DNA of 64,000 nucleotides from Camelus ferus (Eukaryota): positions 82,772,001 through 82,836,000 of the forward strand of contig NC_045697.1 in NCBI RefSeq assembly GCF_009834535.1, given 5' to 3'. The notes below the pieces were generated by a model. That model did not search any database and was not told the origin of the DNA. It was given only the letters and a program-made list of their open reading frames with translations. The position numbers and the translations under genes were made by a program. Below, one piece after another: positions 25,573-37,883 of the stretch. How positions within the stretch are numbered: position 1 is the first letter of the stretch; each line of letters starts with the position of its first letter.

Positions 25573-25986
25573 TTCTAAACAGAGCTATAATTAATAGAGT
25601 CCTTGTCTTGCAAAAAAAGTGGATGTAAATAGAGACAATACAATATTTTCTAAATAATTAGAAGATACAAATATAATAGCTTTCCAACTCTTTTGCATTT
25701 GTTTATATGAATGAGTGGTATACACAGAGTTTATCTTCCTCACAATATTAATAGCAATTAAGTTTCTCAGGAAAACACACTTTTCTCCAATTTTTTTTTT
25801 AAAAATAAAGGCTTTTTCCTTCCATAGCATCATGTTATATTTTGTAAAACTTTGGGAAAATAAAGAGCAAAAATACATTTGTTCTTCTCAGTTTGAGTAC
25901 ATCTACTGTTATTTTTTGGTATATATAGCTCTTATTGTCACTGTCTCTTTCCACCTCTCTGGCTCTGCCTTTCCCTCTCTCTAGAA

Positions 25987-26006
25987 ACACACACACACAC
26001 ACACAC
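25987..26006. repeat. (CA)n microsatellite
   Basis: About 10 AC units, seen directly. Confidence 0.9.
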
Positions 26007-26498
26007 TGTATTAGTTACTGTTCTCCAAGGAAACATCAAATAGAATACATGTAATATATATATTTAAATAAACATACGATATTTAACATAAGGAATTGAC
26101 TCACGTGATTATGTAGACTAAGTCCCACGATCTACTGTCTGCAAGCTGGCAACCCAGGAAAGCTGGTGGTATAAATTTCAGTCTGAGTCCAAATGCCTGA
26201 GAACCAGGAGTGGTAATGGCATAAGTGCCTGTCCAAGAACAAGAAAAGATCAAAGTCTCAAGAAGTCAGAGAGTGAGAATTCAGCTTTCCCCCACCATTT
26301 TGTTCTATTTGAATTATAAATAGGTTGGATGATGCCCATCCACACTGGAGAGGGCCATCTGCTTGACTCACTCCACAAATTTAAATGCTCATCTCTTTCT
26401 GAAACACCTTCACAGACACACTCAGAAGTAATATTTAACCTGATATTGGGGCATTCCATTGGCCTCGTCTAGTTGACACATAAAATTAGCTCTCATAT
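26007..26498 (-). mobile_element. MLT2 (ERVL) solo LTR, MLT2B-like
   Basis: 'tgtattagtt...aggaattgactcacgtgattatg...ctgcaagctgg...cccaggaaagctggtgg...gcctgagaaccagga...ttggatgatgcccatccacactg...agttgacacataaaattag'. Confidence 0.88.
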
Positions 26499-26539
26499 AC
26501 ACAAACATATCCCATACATTACCTCACAGAGAACAGATA

Positions 26540-26765
26540 GTAATAGCTAACATGTAATGAGCAATTACTCTATACCAGGAAATGACTTAAATGTTTTACA
26601 AATACCATCTTATTTAATGCTCAAGCAATTGTTTACACCATTCCCATGGAAAATGTAATCAAGATTTGGGTAAGTTCTGTAAATCACCCAGATTTCCATC
26701 TTACTAAAGGCAGGTCAAGGCAAGATTGAAAGCCAGCTCCATGTTCTCCTAAGCAGTATTTTATC
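26540..26765 (-). mobile_element. MIR SINE, diverged
   Basis: 'taatagctaacatgtaatgagcaattactctataccagg...tcttatttaatgctca...aatcacccag'. Confidence 0.65.
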
Positions 26766-26877
26766 ACATAATTGGACATTATAATTCAAGATGTGTTTAG
26801 TGGCTGGCTACTATTCAGTCTTCCAGATCACAGCATATTTTCTGAGATTCTTCTAGTTTTATTTTCTTAAGTTTCCC

Positions 26878-26952
26878 TATTTTCTTTCTTTCTTTCCTTC
26901 TTTTCTTTCCTTTCCTTTCTCTGTTTCTTCCTTTCTCTGTTTCTTTCTTTCT

Positions 26953-26990
<38 letters not shown>

Positions 26991-27030
26991 TTCCTTCCTT
27001 CCTTCCTTCCTTCCTTCCTTCCTTCCTTCC
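26878..27030. repeat. Compound (TTTC)n/(TTCC)n polypyrimidine microsatellite
   Basis: Seen directly. It explains the KEGR/KER low-complexity ORFs at 26815-27049. Confidence 0.97.
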
Positions 27031-27334
27031 TGTTAACACATGCCAACATGCATTTACAGTTTTCTTTGTGGATAACTTATTTCTGATTATTTCTTTAAAA
27101 TAATTTTTTAAATTGTTAGAAATTATGTAAGGAATTATGACATGAGGGCCATATTGTCTTCCAGTTTATAAATCCTCCTTTACAACTCATCCTTTTGGAA
27201 ACATTATAATATCATATAATAAAATATGAGTCAGGAATAAATAGATATTATAGCTTGAATATCCCCCATTTTCTGTAAATTTACTTTAAATCTTCATGTT
27301 ATTATTGATTAAATTGTATACGTTAAATAGCCTT

Positions 27335-27458
27335 GGGCATCATTTAACATTTAGGAAAGAGGCTCCATGGCAGTCTAATGATGGCTAGGGTTCAAGGATC
27401 TTTTCTTTTTAAGAAGTCCTTAGATGATTGTGCACAGCAAAGTTTAAAGAACCACTGA
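27335..27458. mobile_element. MER5-like DNA transposon remnant
   Basis: Terminal 'tagatgatt...cacagcaaagtttaaagaaccactg' resembles the MER5A end. Confidence 0.5.
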
Positions 27459-27984
27459 TACAGGCGGACGTTCGAATGCCTTAATTTAACTCTATCCACT
27501 TTCAACAGACATACAACACAGTAATATGATGCAACTAGCAAACTTCTCGATTGCTTGTCCTCCTCCAGGTGATTCCTTCCTCCAGTTCAAGGAAATGTTC
27601 TCTTTTTGCTCAGCCCAGATGTATTCAGCTAATTTCAGGCCAACAGTGCCAGGAAGTTAGTTATTATACATCAAAATCCCAGACTACTGTCAATATGAAG
27701 TTACTACAGTTGTAGATGATTAACATTAATCATAGAGTCTCCTGAATATGCTTAAGCTATGATATAATAACTATGCTTAAGCTATAATAACTTAAGTATA
27801 AAACCAGATCATACAATGCAAGAATATTAGTGGCTCACACAATGATTCACCAAAATATGAATTACAAAGATTGCTTAGGTCTTTTTGTAAACAAAATGTA
27901 AACAAAAGGTATATATATACACACACATAAAGATATACACACAATCAAATCTGAAATAACTACTAAATCTATTCATTGGGCATT

Positions 27985-28393
27985 TACTTTTTAAAAAAAT
28001 AACAGTTTTAGTAATATGTATTATACATGCTACAAAAATTCACTCACGTAAAGTATACCTACAGAGTTGTGCAACCATCAACACAATCTAATTTCAGAAT
28101 ATTTCCATCACTCCAAAAAAGTCTCATGCCCATCAGTAGTTACTCCCCATTCCCACCTTCTCTCTAAACACTTTTTACTTTTTGCCTCTACAGACATGAC
28201 ACTTCTGAAAATTTCTATAAGTGGAACATATAACATGTATTTTTTTATGCCTGGCTTCTTTCACTTTGCATGTTTTTGAGCTCAGCTATGTCACAGCATG
28301 TATTAGCACCTCATTCATTTTTATTCCTGAATAATATTCTATCACTTAGATATAGCACATTTTATTTATGTATTCAACAGTTGATAGACATTT
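27985..28393 (-). mobile_element. Old L1 (L1MB-type) 3' end
   Basis: 'cagagttgtgcaaccatcaacacaatctaatttcagaatatttccatcactccaaaa...tggcttctttcactt...ttcatttttattcctgaataatattc...gttgatagacattt'. Confidence 0.85.
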
Positions 28394-28405
28394 TGGTTGT
28401 TTATT

Positions 28406-28629
28406 TTTAATAATTTATTTTATTATCTATTATTATTTTTCATTTATTTTAAATTATTTATTATTTTTTAAGTAGTATGGTAGTGGTTTGTGTTTACATC
28501 CTCAGAATTTTATGTCTTGCCTATGGCCTTTTATCCATATTTTTTAAAATAAAGGTACTGGAGATTGAACTCAGGATCTTGTGTACACTAAGTGAGTGCT
28601 CTACCACTGAGCTATACCCTCACCCACCC
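28406..28629 (-). mobile_element. Vic-1-like SINE with extra ~70 bp 3' segment and second A-rich tail
   Basis: tRNA-like head at ~28545-28629 (reverse complement gggtatagctcagtggtagagc...gagttcaatctccagtacc). Exact 12-bp TSD tggttgtttatt at 28394-28405 and 28630-28641. Confidence 0.88.
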
Positions 28630-28644
28630 TGGTTGTTTATTAAA

Positions 28645-30618
28645 ATACAACATAATTGTTTATATTAAAAACCCTAAGTGCACTGTAAAAATACTAGTGG
28701 AAAAAATAAATTACTCAAGGGATAAGACTATATATCAATATACAAGACTATATGCATATCATTTATAATACCAAAAATTAAAAATAAAAACTTAAGACAA
28801 ATACTAATTACTAGTATCAGAAAATATTAAAAAATTAGTTTTAAATGTAACAAAACATAATCTGTACACTGAAATCTACAAAATCTTGCAGTGAGAAATT
28901 AAAGAACTAAGCAAATGGAGATAACTTGTCCAAGGATCAGAAAGCTCAATATTGTTAGTGTGTCACTTCTCCTGAAATTGATTTATAGATTCAATGCAAT
29001 CTCCATCAAAATCTCAGTAAGGTTTTGTTTGTAGAAATTTAAACTAGTTCTAAACTTTTTATAGATATGTGACACAGTTAGAATAGACAGAATAATTTTG
29101 AAAAAGAAGAAAAAAGTTACATGTGTTAAAGTACCTGATTTCAAGACTTACAATGAATATACATGGTATGGTATAACGGTAGGCATAAATATGATCGGAA
29201 CAGGATACATAGTCCAGAACCAGAACACAACATATGTAGTCAATTAATTTTCTACAAAACTGGAAATGATATTGCATGGAGAAAGGAATATTATTTGTTT
29301 TGTTTTTAACAGTGGGTGCTGGATGACTTTATAGTCATATGAAAAAAAAAACGAACACCCTGACCCTTATTTCACATCATATACAAAAATAATGTATGCA
29401 AAATGGATGTTGGGCCTAACTTAAAAGCTTAAAAAACTTTCTAGATAAAAAAAATACACAGTATAAACTTGTGTAGCTATTTTATATATACCAGTCAGTA
29501 TCTGCAAATCTGACTATACTTCAATTAAAAAAAAAAAAAAGAAAAAATACAGAACACCTTTGTGGTCTTAGAGTAGGCAAAAATATTTAGAAAGAGCACA
29601 ACAGGATGAATCATGAAAGAAAATATGATCAATTGTATTTTATCAAAATTAATTCTCATCTTCAACAGACACCACTAAGAGAATAAAAAGGCATAAATTG
29701 GTAGAATATAGAGAAACTATAGGTATCTGACAAAAAAGAATTATATCCAGACTATATAAAGAATTCTAGTAAGTTATTTATTTTTTAAAAAAGCAATGAA
29801 ATATGATTTTTAAATGATTTAAACAGACATTTCTCATAAGAGGATACAGAAATAGATAATAAGCCCAAGAGTAGATATTCAGTATCACTAGCCACCAGGC
29901 AGTTACAGAGTTAGAATCATGATTAGATACTATTACATATCTCATAGAATAGCAAAGATTTTTAAAATGTTGATAATTTCAACATTATCAAAGATATAAT
30001 GTGATGTGAACTTTTATACATTCCTGGTGGGATTATAAAGTCGCCCAACTACTTTAGAAAACAGTTCATGGGATTTTCATAAAGTTACTTTATAACATAA
30101 ATTTACTTTTAAACATAAACTTGCAACACGATCCACCAATTCCTTCACAAAGCATTTACCCAGAAGAAATGACATGTAAATCTGCAGAAAAGACATATAC
30201 AAATATTCATAGCCACATTATTCATAACAACAAAAAATTGGATACAACCAAAATGTCCATCAGCTGAAGAATGCATAAATAAATTGTGCTGTATCTACAG
30301 GGTGTAATTCTGCTTAGCAATGAAAAGGATAATTTATGGATTAATATCTAAAAATATGCTGAACGTAAGAAGCACACACACATAGTACATACTTTGCAAT
30401 TCTATTTCTATTAAGCTAAAGAAAGACAAATCTATTCAGACAAATGTGCATGATGGCATACAATCAGGAGTTGCCTGGGGTGGTAGATTATAAGAATTGA
30501 GGCAAGTTTCTCGGGAACTTTTTCTAGTGATAGAAGTGTTATGTCTTGACTGTGGTAGTAGTAACAAATGGTTAGATTTTATTGCACTAAATTTGTTCTC
30601 AACATTCATTTTTAAAAA
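28645..30618 (+). mobile_element. Old L1 (L1MD/ME-type) ORF2 3' half + 3'UTR
   Basis: 'ctcaatattgttag...tatagattcaatgcaatctccatcaaaatc', 'cctgatttcaagactta', 'aaacagacatttc', 'caaaatgtccatca...gaatgcataaataaattgtg', then 3'UTR 'gttgcctgggg...tcttgactgtggtagt'. Confidence 0.85.
29459..29541 (+). mobile_element. Ultra-short young L1 3' terminus with non-L1 5' filler
   Basis: 'ctgactatacttcaatt' plus A-run at 29510-29540. A-rich TSD aaaaaataca at 29449-29458 and 29542-29551. Confidence 0.7.
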
Positions 30619-30647
30619 ATTGAATTAAGAATAAATCTTAACCTCTT

Positions 30648-30765
30648 TTTCTAAATAGACTTTATTTTTATTTTTTACTTTATTTATTTAATAGAGGTAC
30701 TGGGGATTAAACCCAGGACCTCATGCATGAGAATAGCTACCACTGAGCTATTCCCCCACCCCTCA
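30648..30765 (-). mobile_element. Vic-1-like SINE
   Basis: 'gaggtactggggattaaacccaggacctcatgcatg...taccactgagcta'. Exact 15-bp TSD aaatcttaacctctt at 30633-30647 and 30766-30780. Confidence 0.92.
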
Positions 30766-31740
30766 AAATCTTAACCTCTTACAGTGGTTCTGGCACTAAT
30801 TTATTGAGTAGCTTTAGATAAATTGCTTAACTTTATAGGGTTTTCCTAAACTGAAAGAAAACAATTTAGACTAGAAAATTTCTAAAGTGTGCTTCAGTTC
30901 CACTTTCTAAAATTCTATGACATATAATAGTAAAATAAAATAATAAAAGCACAATAATAAGCAAGTAGATGTTATTATTTTAAAAAGTATTCTATATAAA
31001 TAGCAGTGTTAAAAAGAATGACCTTTTGCCTATGTTACATACTAAAGGTGGGGAGGAGTATGATTTGAAGCAGTAATTTCAGAGAGATAAATTTTAAATC
31101 TTTGTGTGGAAGATTAATTTTGCTGTTTGGAAACCCATATAAACTAAGTAGAATGAGTAGTGTTTCTGGAAGAAACTAAATAAAAGACATGTTTTGGTGA
31201 ATTGATGGCATTCTCATTTGATGGATTCAGTAGCTAAAGCAGCCTCAAGCAGAAAACAGAAAACATGCTCTGGGTGTCAATTTTATTTAGGGAAAATGAC
31301 TCATGTCAATAAGGAGTTGAAATAAAAACATATGCAAATCATGAAAATTTGTTTGATTACTTTGCATTCAAATTTATCATCACAAGGAAATTCTTCTAAT
31401 AAATGTAAACTACTTTCCAGAGTGTTTACTTTTATCTGGTAAATCATAACTTCCACCCACTCAGTGCACAAATGGTACCTTTCTCTCCCCACTAAAATAT
31501 ACTATCCATATCAGAAACCAAAATGTAAAAAGCCAAAAAAAAAAAAAATACCCAGTTTCTTCCATTTAGTGTTAACAATGATGAAGAGAGCAGACTCGCA
31601 AAAGTACAACACCACCTTAGAAATCTGATTGTTAACAAACTTTCTAACAAACCATGTTGCCATGTGTTTAACTTCCCTCTGGTGATCTCATAACTCCTTT
31701 GCTTGCAATTAGTCTTTGCTTTCATTTGAAATTGACTTTT

Positions 31741-31875
31741 TTTCATTTTTTTTTTTAATTTAGGTATTGCCAGTTTACGATGCTGTGTTAGTTGCTGGTG
31801 TAACAGCACAGTGATTCAGTTTTACATATATATATATTCTTTTTCATTACAGGTTATTACAAGCTATTGAATATA
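31741..31875 (-). mobile_element. Short L1 3' end
   Basis: 'cagtttacgatgctgtgttagttgctggtg...cagtgattcagtt...ttattacaagctattgaatata'. 13-bp TSD with 1 mismatch: gaaattgactttt 31728-31740 and gaaattggctttt 31876-31888. Confidence 0.88.
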
Positions 31876-32424
31876 GAAATTGGCTTTTGAGCATAGTTTT
31901 TGTGCTGCAAAAAGAATTGGGTCCTACCTCTTCATCCTTTCCTTTGCAAAAGCAATTTTCAAAAATGTACATTATTGATCTGGAGTCAACTTAACTCACT
32001 TATAGCCACATATATCTTCATTGCCATCACAAGCACCTAACTCCTTATCTCTCTTTCACTGGGCATTCCATCAGCTTTTTTAATTTGCACTTTCAGCCTG
32101 GTAGCAAGTACTGATTAATGGGGAAAATAACAAGGACTTCTTAGAACTGCAGAATGTTTTACTCCTGAGTACCATTGTTGTGTGTGTGCTGTGACAAGGA
32201 ATTTATGACCACCACTGTTATACTTTTATGATCAGATAACCTCGGCAAACCCTGTGCTTTAAGACTTCAATTGAATGTTTCCGCAGAGTCTGCTTTGCCA
32301 AATCCCACACTCTCCTAACATTCTGTCTCTTTGTTTATGTTTTTGGCAAATTAAAATAGTAAATTTCAATTACAAATGTTGTCAAAACACTTTCATTGTC
32401 AGGTTGCTTACGAATAAAGTTAAC

Positions 32425-32885
32425 AAAAGACATGCAAGAAGTATATCCTGAGACTATTCACGGAATGGAATGGATCTGTGACTGAATGCAATTCCAATAA
32501 AAATCAGTAGAGGATTTTATAGAAATTGAGAAGCTAACTGAACAATTCACATGCTGAAACAAGGACTTAGAAGCAAAAGTAATCTTGAAAAACATTTTAT
32601 ATCCTACAACATCTAATTTCAAGTTGTAAGGCTAGACCATAGACCAATAAAACAGTAAAACAGAATAAAGGATCATAAGATTCTCTCTCTTCTCAAGATG
32701 GGATTTGCTGCAATGGACTTTTAAGGGAACTTTCTGGGATGATAAAAATATTCTGTATTTCTTGATACATGGTCATGTACACATGGGTTGCCAAATTTTA
32801 CCAAACTGGACTCTTGTGCTTAAGATCTTTATAACTAACTATACATAAACTTTACCTGAACTACAACAAAACAGCAAAAATAAAA
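32425..32885 (+). mobile_element. Old L1ME-type fragments (ORF2 piece + 3' end)
   Basis: 'aatgcaattccaataaaaatc...agaaattgagaagctaa', then 'agggaactttctgggatgataaaaatattctgtatttcttga'. Confidence 0.6.
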
Positions 32886-34249
32886 ACAATGTGACCTGCA
32901 AATGGGAAATTATGTTTTAAATGACAAACCATTAGAAAAAATAGAAAATATGGCTGAACTGAATAGGAATTTAAATATAACACTTTGAAAACTTTTATTT
33001 TTAGGAAAGAATAGTTAGGCTCAGTTACAATGATAGCAACAAGATCAACAGTAAATATATTCTGAAAGAGTACTATGATTTAAAAATGACAAGTTGGAAA
33101 GAAGATTTGTGCTAATATGTTACCTATATTTGTGCATTAAAACATTTCTGAGTTATTTACTTTCTGATTTTTAAGTACAAAGAATAGCATTCTAAATCTA
33201 TTTAATTCTATCAATGGTTCATATCTGCATGAGATTTTTTTTAAAGAAAAGAGACTATTCTGGTATCATTGATAATAGTGTATCCCTCTTCAACTTTATT
33301 TCCCCCCTCCCTATTGAGAGAACACAATTATTTTTAAGTTGTTTTATAACATTTCTCATAAGTCATTAAATTTGTATACATCTATAAGATATATAACATT
33401 TATACATGTTTTAAACTCTAAATAAGTAATACCACACTCTGTATTCCCTTTGGCATTGATTTATAGGCTTACCATTATTGTAATGGGATTTATCTATGCA
33501 TGAAATTATGTGTGACTTTAACAAGCAACCAATACTCAGTTCCTTCTTTCTTTTGACAGTATCAGTATCCTCCTTGTTGGAACACTTGGAAGGGTCTATA
33601 ACACCAAAGAGAATGTCTCCATGAATGCCTGGGCCATGATGGAGAACAGGTTCTAAATGTAGTCAATGCTCTGTTAAATTCTGGATATTGTCTGCAACTG
33701 GACTCTGATTCGTAAAGAAAAACAAAGCACACTGAAGTGCTTGCTGATCTACTGACTTACTGTATAGCTTGCTTTGGTAATCTGTATTTTTCACTAACTG
33801 CAAGGAATAGCAATGTCAAATTTTCCTTGAATAACTTCTGTACTTGTGGACAGAAAATCATTATCATCTGTGACCACTTACTCCCCATATTTTCAGTGCC
33901 ACCTAGTATCTCCTGTGGCATGATTGTGTGGTTATTTCTGAGGCCCATTTATAAAGGGCTATAACTAACACCCACTGTTTTGTGAAATTTTTTTTTTTTC
34001 CTATTCCTGGAACAAGATCCCCAGAGGGGATTTTTTTGATAAACACACAAGGAAGCAGTTTTATCTTTCTGCTTATAGTATCCAGTTATGAATCTTCCAC
34101 TCTCCAAGCAGCTCCAGTCTTGTGATCAAATTCTGTCTCCAGGCATCCTTCCCTTACCGATAACTGTGTGTAAACAGCTAGACTGGTGGTGCTAACCTAC
34201 AAACACAGCTCAGCACCATAAGATACTCATTTGTGACTAACATACTCTA

Positions 34250-34633
34250 TTAGACTGTTAGAGCTGCCAGAACAAAATACCATAGACTGAGAGGCATAAA
34301 CAATAAAAATTTATTTTCTCACAGTCTGAGGGCTGGAAGTCCAAGATCAAGGTAATGCAGGGTTGGATTTGGGGACTCCTGTCTTTCCGGCTTATAGAAA
34401 GCTGCCTTCTGGCTGCTCCTCACATAGCCTATCCTTGTGCACAAGTGCAGAGAGGAAGAACTCTGGTGTTTCTCTTCACTTAAGGACACTAATTCTATCA
34501 GGTCAAGGCCTCTCCCTTATGACTTCATTTAACCCAAACGGTCTTCCTAAAGGCCCTGACTTGAAATACAATCATGTTTGGGGTTAAGACTTTGACATAC
34601 GTATTTGGAGAGAACACCATTGAGTCTGTAACA
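34250..34633 (-). mobile_element. MLT1A-like solo LTR
   Basis: 'gctgccagaacaaaataccatagactg...tttattttctcacagt...ggctggaagtccaagatcaagg...taaggacactaattctatc...cttatgacttcatttaacc...gtctgtaaca'. Confidence 0.88.
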
Positions 34634-37600
34634 CATATACAAGCACTTGGGTTAAAATTACCAAAATTTACATGATTCACATAGTCCAGTCTCTGCTCTG
34701 TTTGTGCTATTATTTTCCTCCTGACTTAGTTAATATTTATTCTAAGTGGTATATCTACTTTAATTTAAAAAAATTACTCTACTTTGTAACTTATGCTATT
34801 CTTTGTAGACTGCAAAACTGACATGAAATTTTAAACAGTATCTAAGTAAAAAGAGTATTTGAACTTAGTCCAAACACTAAATGGGATTTTCTAAGGTAAG
34901 TCAGTAAACTATTAAAGTAAGACCTTTCATTATGGCCATTGCTTAGAAAAACAAAATTTTCAAGTTCAGCAAACCTTGGTTTCTGCCTGTGAATTATTAA
35001 TTTTAAATGATGATTTTACATAGGTTAAGCGCTTTGTTTTGGAAACAATTCAATCTAGACACAAAGAAATAGTTAAACCATAACACAACTTGTGAAAAGC
35101 ACCAGAGTAACTACCCCAGGAGACTTGGAAATGAATTGCATACTGTAGCCTTTTTGGTAAATACATTAATTTTTCTTTCTAAAACAATTAGATAGTGTGG
35201 GTTTCCCGGGCACAGAGTACAGCTCTCCCAGCTGGTGTTACTGGTAGAAGAGAGCAGTCACTTAGTTTTCTTCCTTTACTCACTAAGATGTTTGGTTTTA
35301 TTCTTAATATTATTCGTTTCTGTGTTTTTTCCTCTTGCCCTTTGGAGAACCAAGTCTGTAAACTGCGCTCTGGCAATGCATTCCCATTGCAGGATCCTAG
35401 CTTTACAATAGAGAATTACTAGAAATATAAACCATTTGTTATAAGCAGAAGACTTTTAATATCTATGTAGCAAGTACTGGAAAGTGAAAAACAGGTTTAC
35501 ACTTTACCATTTATTGTATTTATTCTTTCTCTTTTCATAGTATCTCACTTGCCTCTTCTAGACACAATGAACTCTTGAAGTCTTTGGCAAGATAGTCCCT
35601 GCTTCTCCAGCACATACACCTAGCATCTAAACTAAGATGACTTGCTACTCATCTGTGAAAGGCTCTGCCCGCTGCAGATCAGTCATGAAGACTCTGATTC
35701 ACCCACCACTTTATGTGACTTTTTCTTTGTCTTACCCTAAGCATGAAGGATAACGTATACACTTGTATCCCAAGCAGAAGTGAAATTCTCTTTGCAGAAT
35801 TGATTTTATTGTGTTTTTTTTTTCCATTTCAAAGGTCTCCATTTAATTACTCTTATAATTGTCAGTTCTTTCTTGGAATTTCAACTTTGTAACTTTCACT
35901 GCTTGAATATAATAACCTTGAAGTATCTGATTAATCCTAATTATTAGCATTTTTTTATCTTCAAGAATTTCAGCTTGATTTAGTAAAGAATAATAACTCA
36001 CATAAATAAACCCAATACTTAAAAGAACAGAAAAAGAGCCATGTTCCTACTATCTCTTTTTTTCTCTTATTTTTCTGTCATGACTCATACTTTCGCATGA
36101 GTGAGAAGTTTTCAATTGTGTACTGGATATTTTACATAAAAGTTTTCTTGATGGTTGAAACTTGGTATGATACTCTTTGCATCCCAATATTAATTTTCTT
36201 TTCTTCTAATAGGCACTTAATTTAGAGACACTAGTTTTGTCTTAATTCAATAAGATATGGAGATAATTTAAAGCTGACTTCTGACCCTGAAAAATTAATC
36301 TATTTCCAGTTCAGCTGTAGTGCTAGGGGACCAACTAAAACAGAGTATTTTCCAGAGGCCTTACTCCTTAGTAGATCCTAAATTCTAATTTGTGTTCCTC
36401 AGATCTGTCAAAAGCTCTGCTCAGGTTTTTAGCTTCTCAACCAAAGCTATTAAAATTACCAAACCTTCTGGGAATGTTTGCCTGTAGGAAGGAATCACAG
36501 CTAATATCTGGCTCCCTCTCTGCTGTCATGGATTTGAGCCCCAATTCCACACTTCATTGGCAGCTTTCTAATCTCATAGAGCACATTTCCTTAACTAATT
36601 TTCACCTTTACAAATTGTTTTCAGCATTAGAGTTGATCAAGACAACCTAGCATACAAATAGTAAAAGTAAGAGTTATGTGTTAGAAATAATATGAGTTTG
36701 AAAGGCAAGCCCTTATCTGAGTTTTGGAAGAGCAGAGATCACTTCCTATTCATCATTTCATAAATGGTATAAAATTGCCCAGAATATAGGGAATGTACAA
36801 TTCATTGATTTGGAATGATTTCAGAAATAAATGAAAAAGTTCATTGCATTTTTCACAAGGAAAAAACATGCGATCCAAGAGCAGGAACCCAAGACCTATG
36901 AAAAGGTTGGTGTTATGAAAAATGTGTATTTATCTGTCCTCTTTGATTGTTGTCTCACTCTTTTCAAATTTATTCTTTAGTAGTTTTCTACAGTATGGAT
37001 TTGACAAATCTTATCATGTGAGCTATAGAGATAAGTCAACTTTGAAATAAAATTATGGTTTAATTGTATTTCTTTTAAGTAATTCTAGCATCAACCTTGT
37101 AAAGAAAAAAAATGTATTGATGTAGTGTTCTCTTATTACTCACATTTTTTCTTTTTTATTCCATATAAGAGATAAAATGAATCACAGAAGTCAGTTTTTA
37201 CATGAATATTTTCCAATTCCCTTGATTTTAAAAGATATTACTTATTTTTTTCTAAGAAATGATAAATTGGTGAAGTAAGAAGACCTTTAGAAATATATGA
37301 AACCCAATGAATTGTTCTTTTAAGTATTGGGTTTATTTGCATGAGTTAATGTTCCTTAATAAATCAAGCTAAAATTCTCAAAGATGAACAAAATGCTAAA
37401 GGTAGCAATGGATCATCAATAAATAATTTTTAAAAATCATCCTACACTCCTTTTACTATAAAATTATTTATAAAAAGGAAACAACAGAAATATATTTTTA
37501 ATTTTCCAAGAGCAGAAAATGTTTTGTGTAAAGAGACAAATAGTTTATCACAGTAAAAAGAAAAAAAAAATGTGCATTCTAATTTCAAAGCAACCATTTT

Positions 37601-37883
37601 TATGTAAAGAATGTAAGATATACAATACAACTCAGCATTTAAATTCCAATATGAATCATTCTAAATGCATTGGCAGAGAAGTTAATACTTTAAGAACTCA
37701 AAAAGATACAATGCAAATTATTAATCGATAAACCCAATTGTACCCTACAATCGACCTCAAGTCATTACTCAAATATTTAGTTCAAGGATTATCTTGAATC
37801 ACCATTTTTTTTCTATCTATTGCACTTTTTCTACACTGTTCAAACAAACTTTTCTTTTTCCCAACTTAAAAAATAAGCTATCT

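Noticed and set aside
26815..27049. K/E/R-rich ORFs
   Set aside because: Translations of the (TTTC)/(TTCC) microsatellite.
33541..33720. Polypyrimidine tract + CAG (possible splice acceptor at 33559)
   Set aside because: All three downstream frames stop within ~100 nt and I saw no convincing donor, so there is no support for a coding exon.
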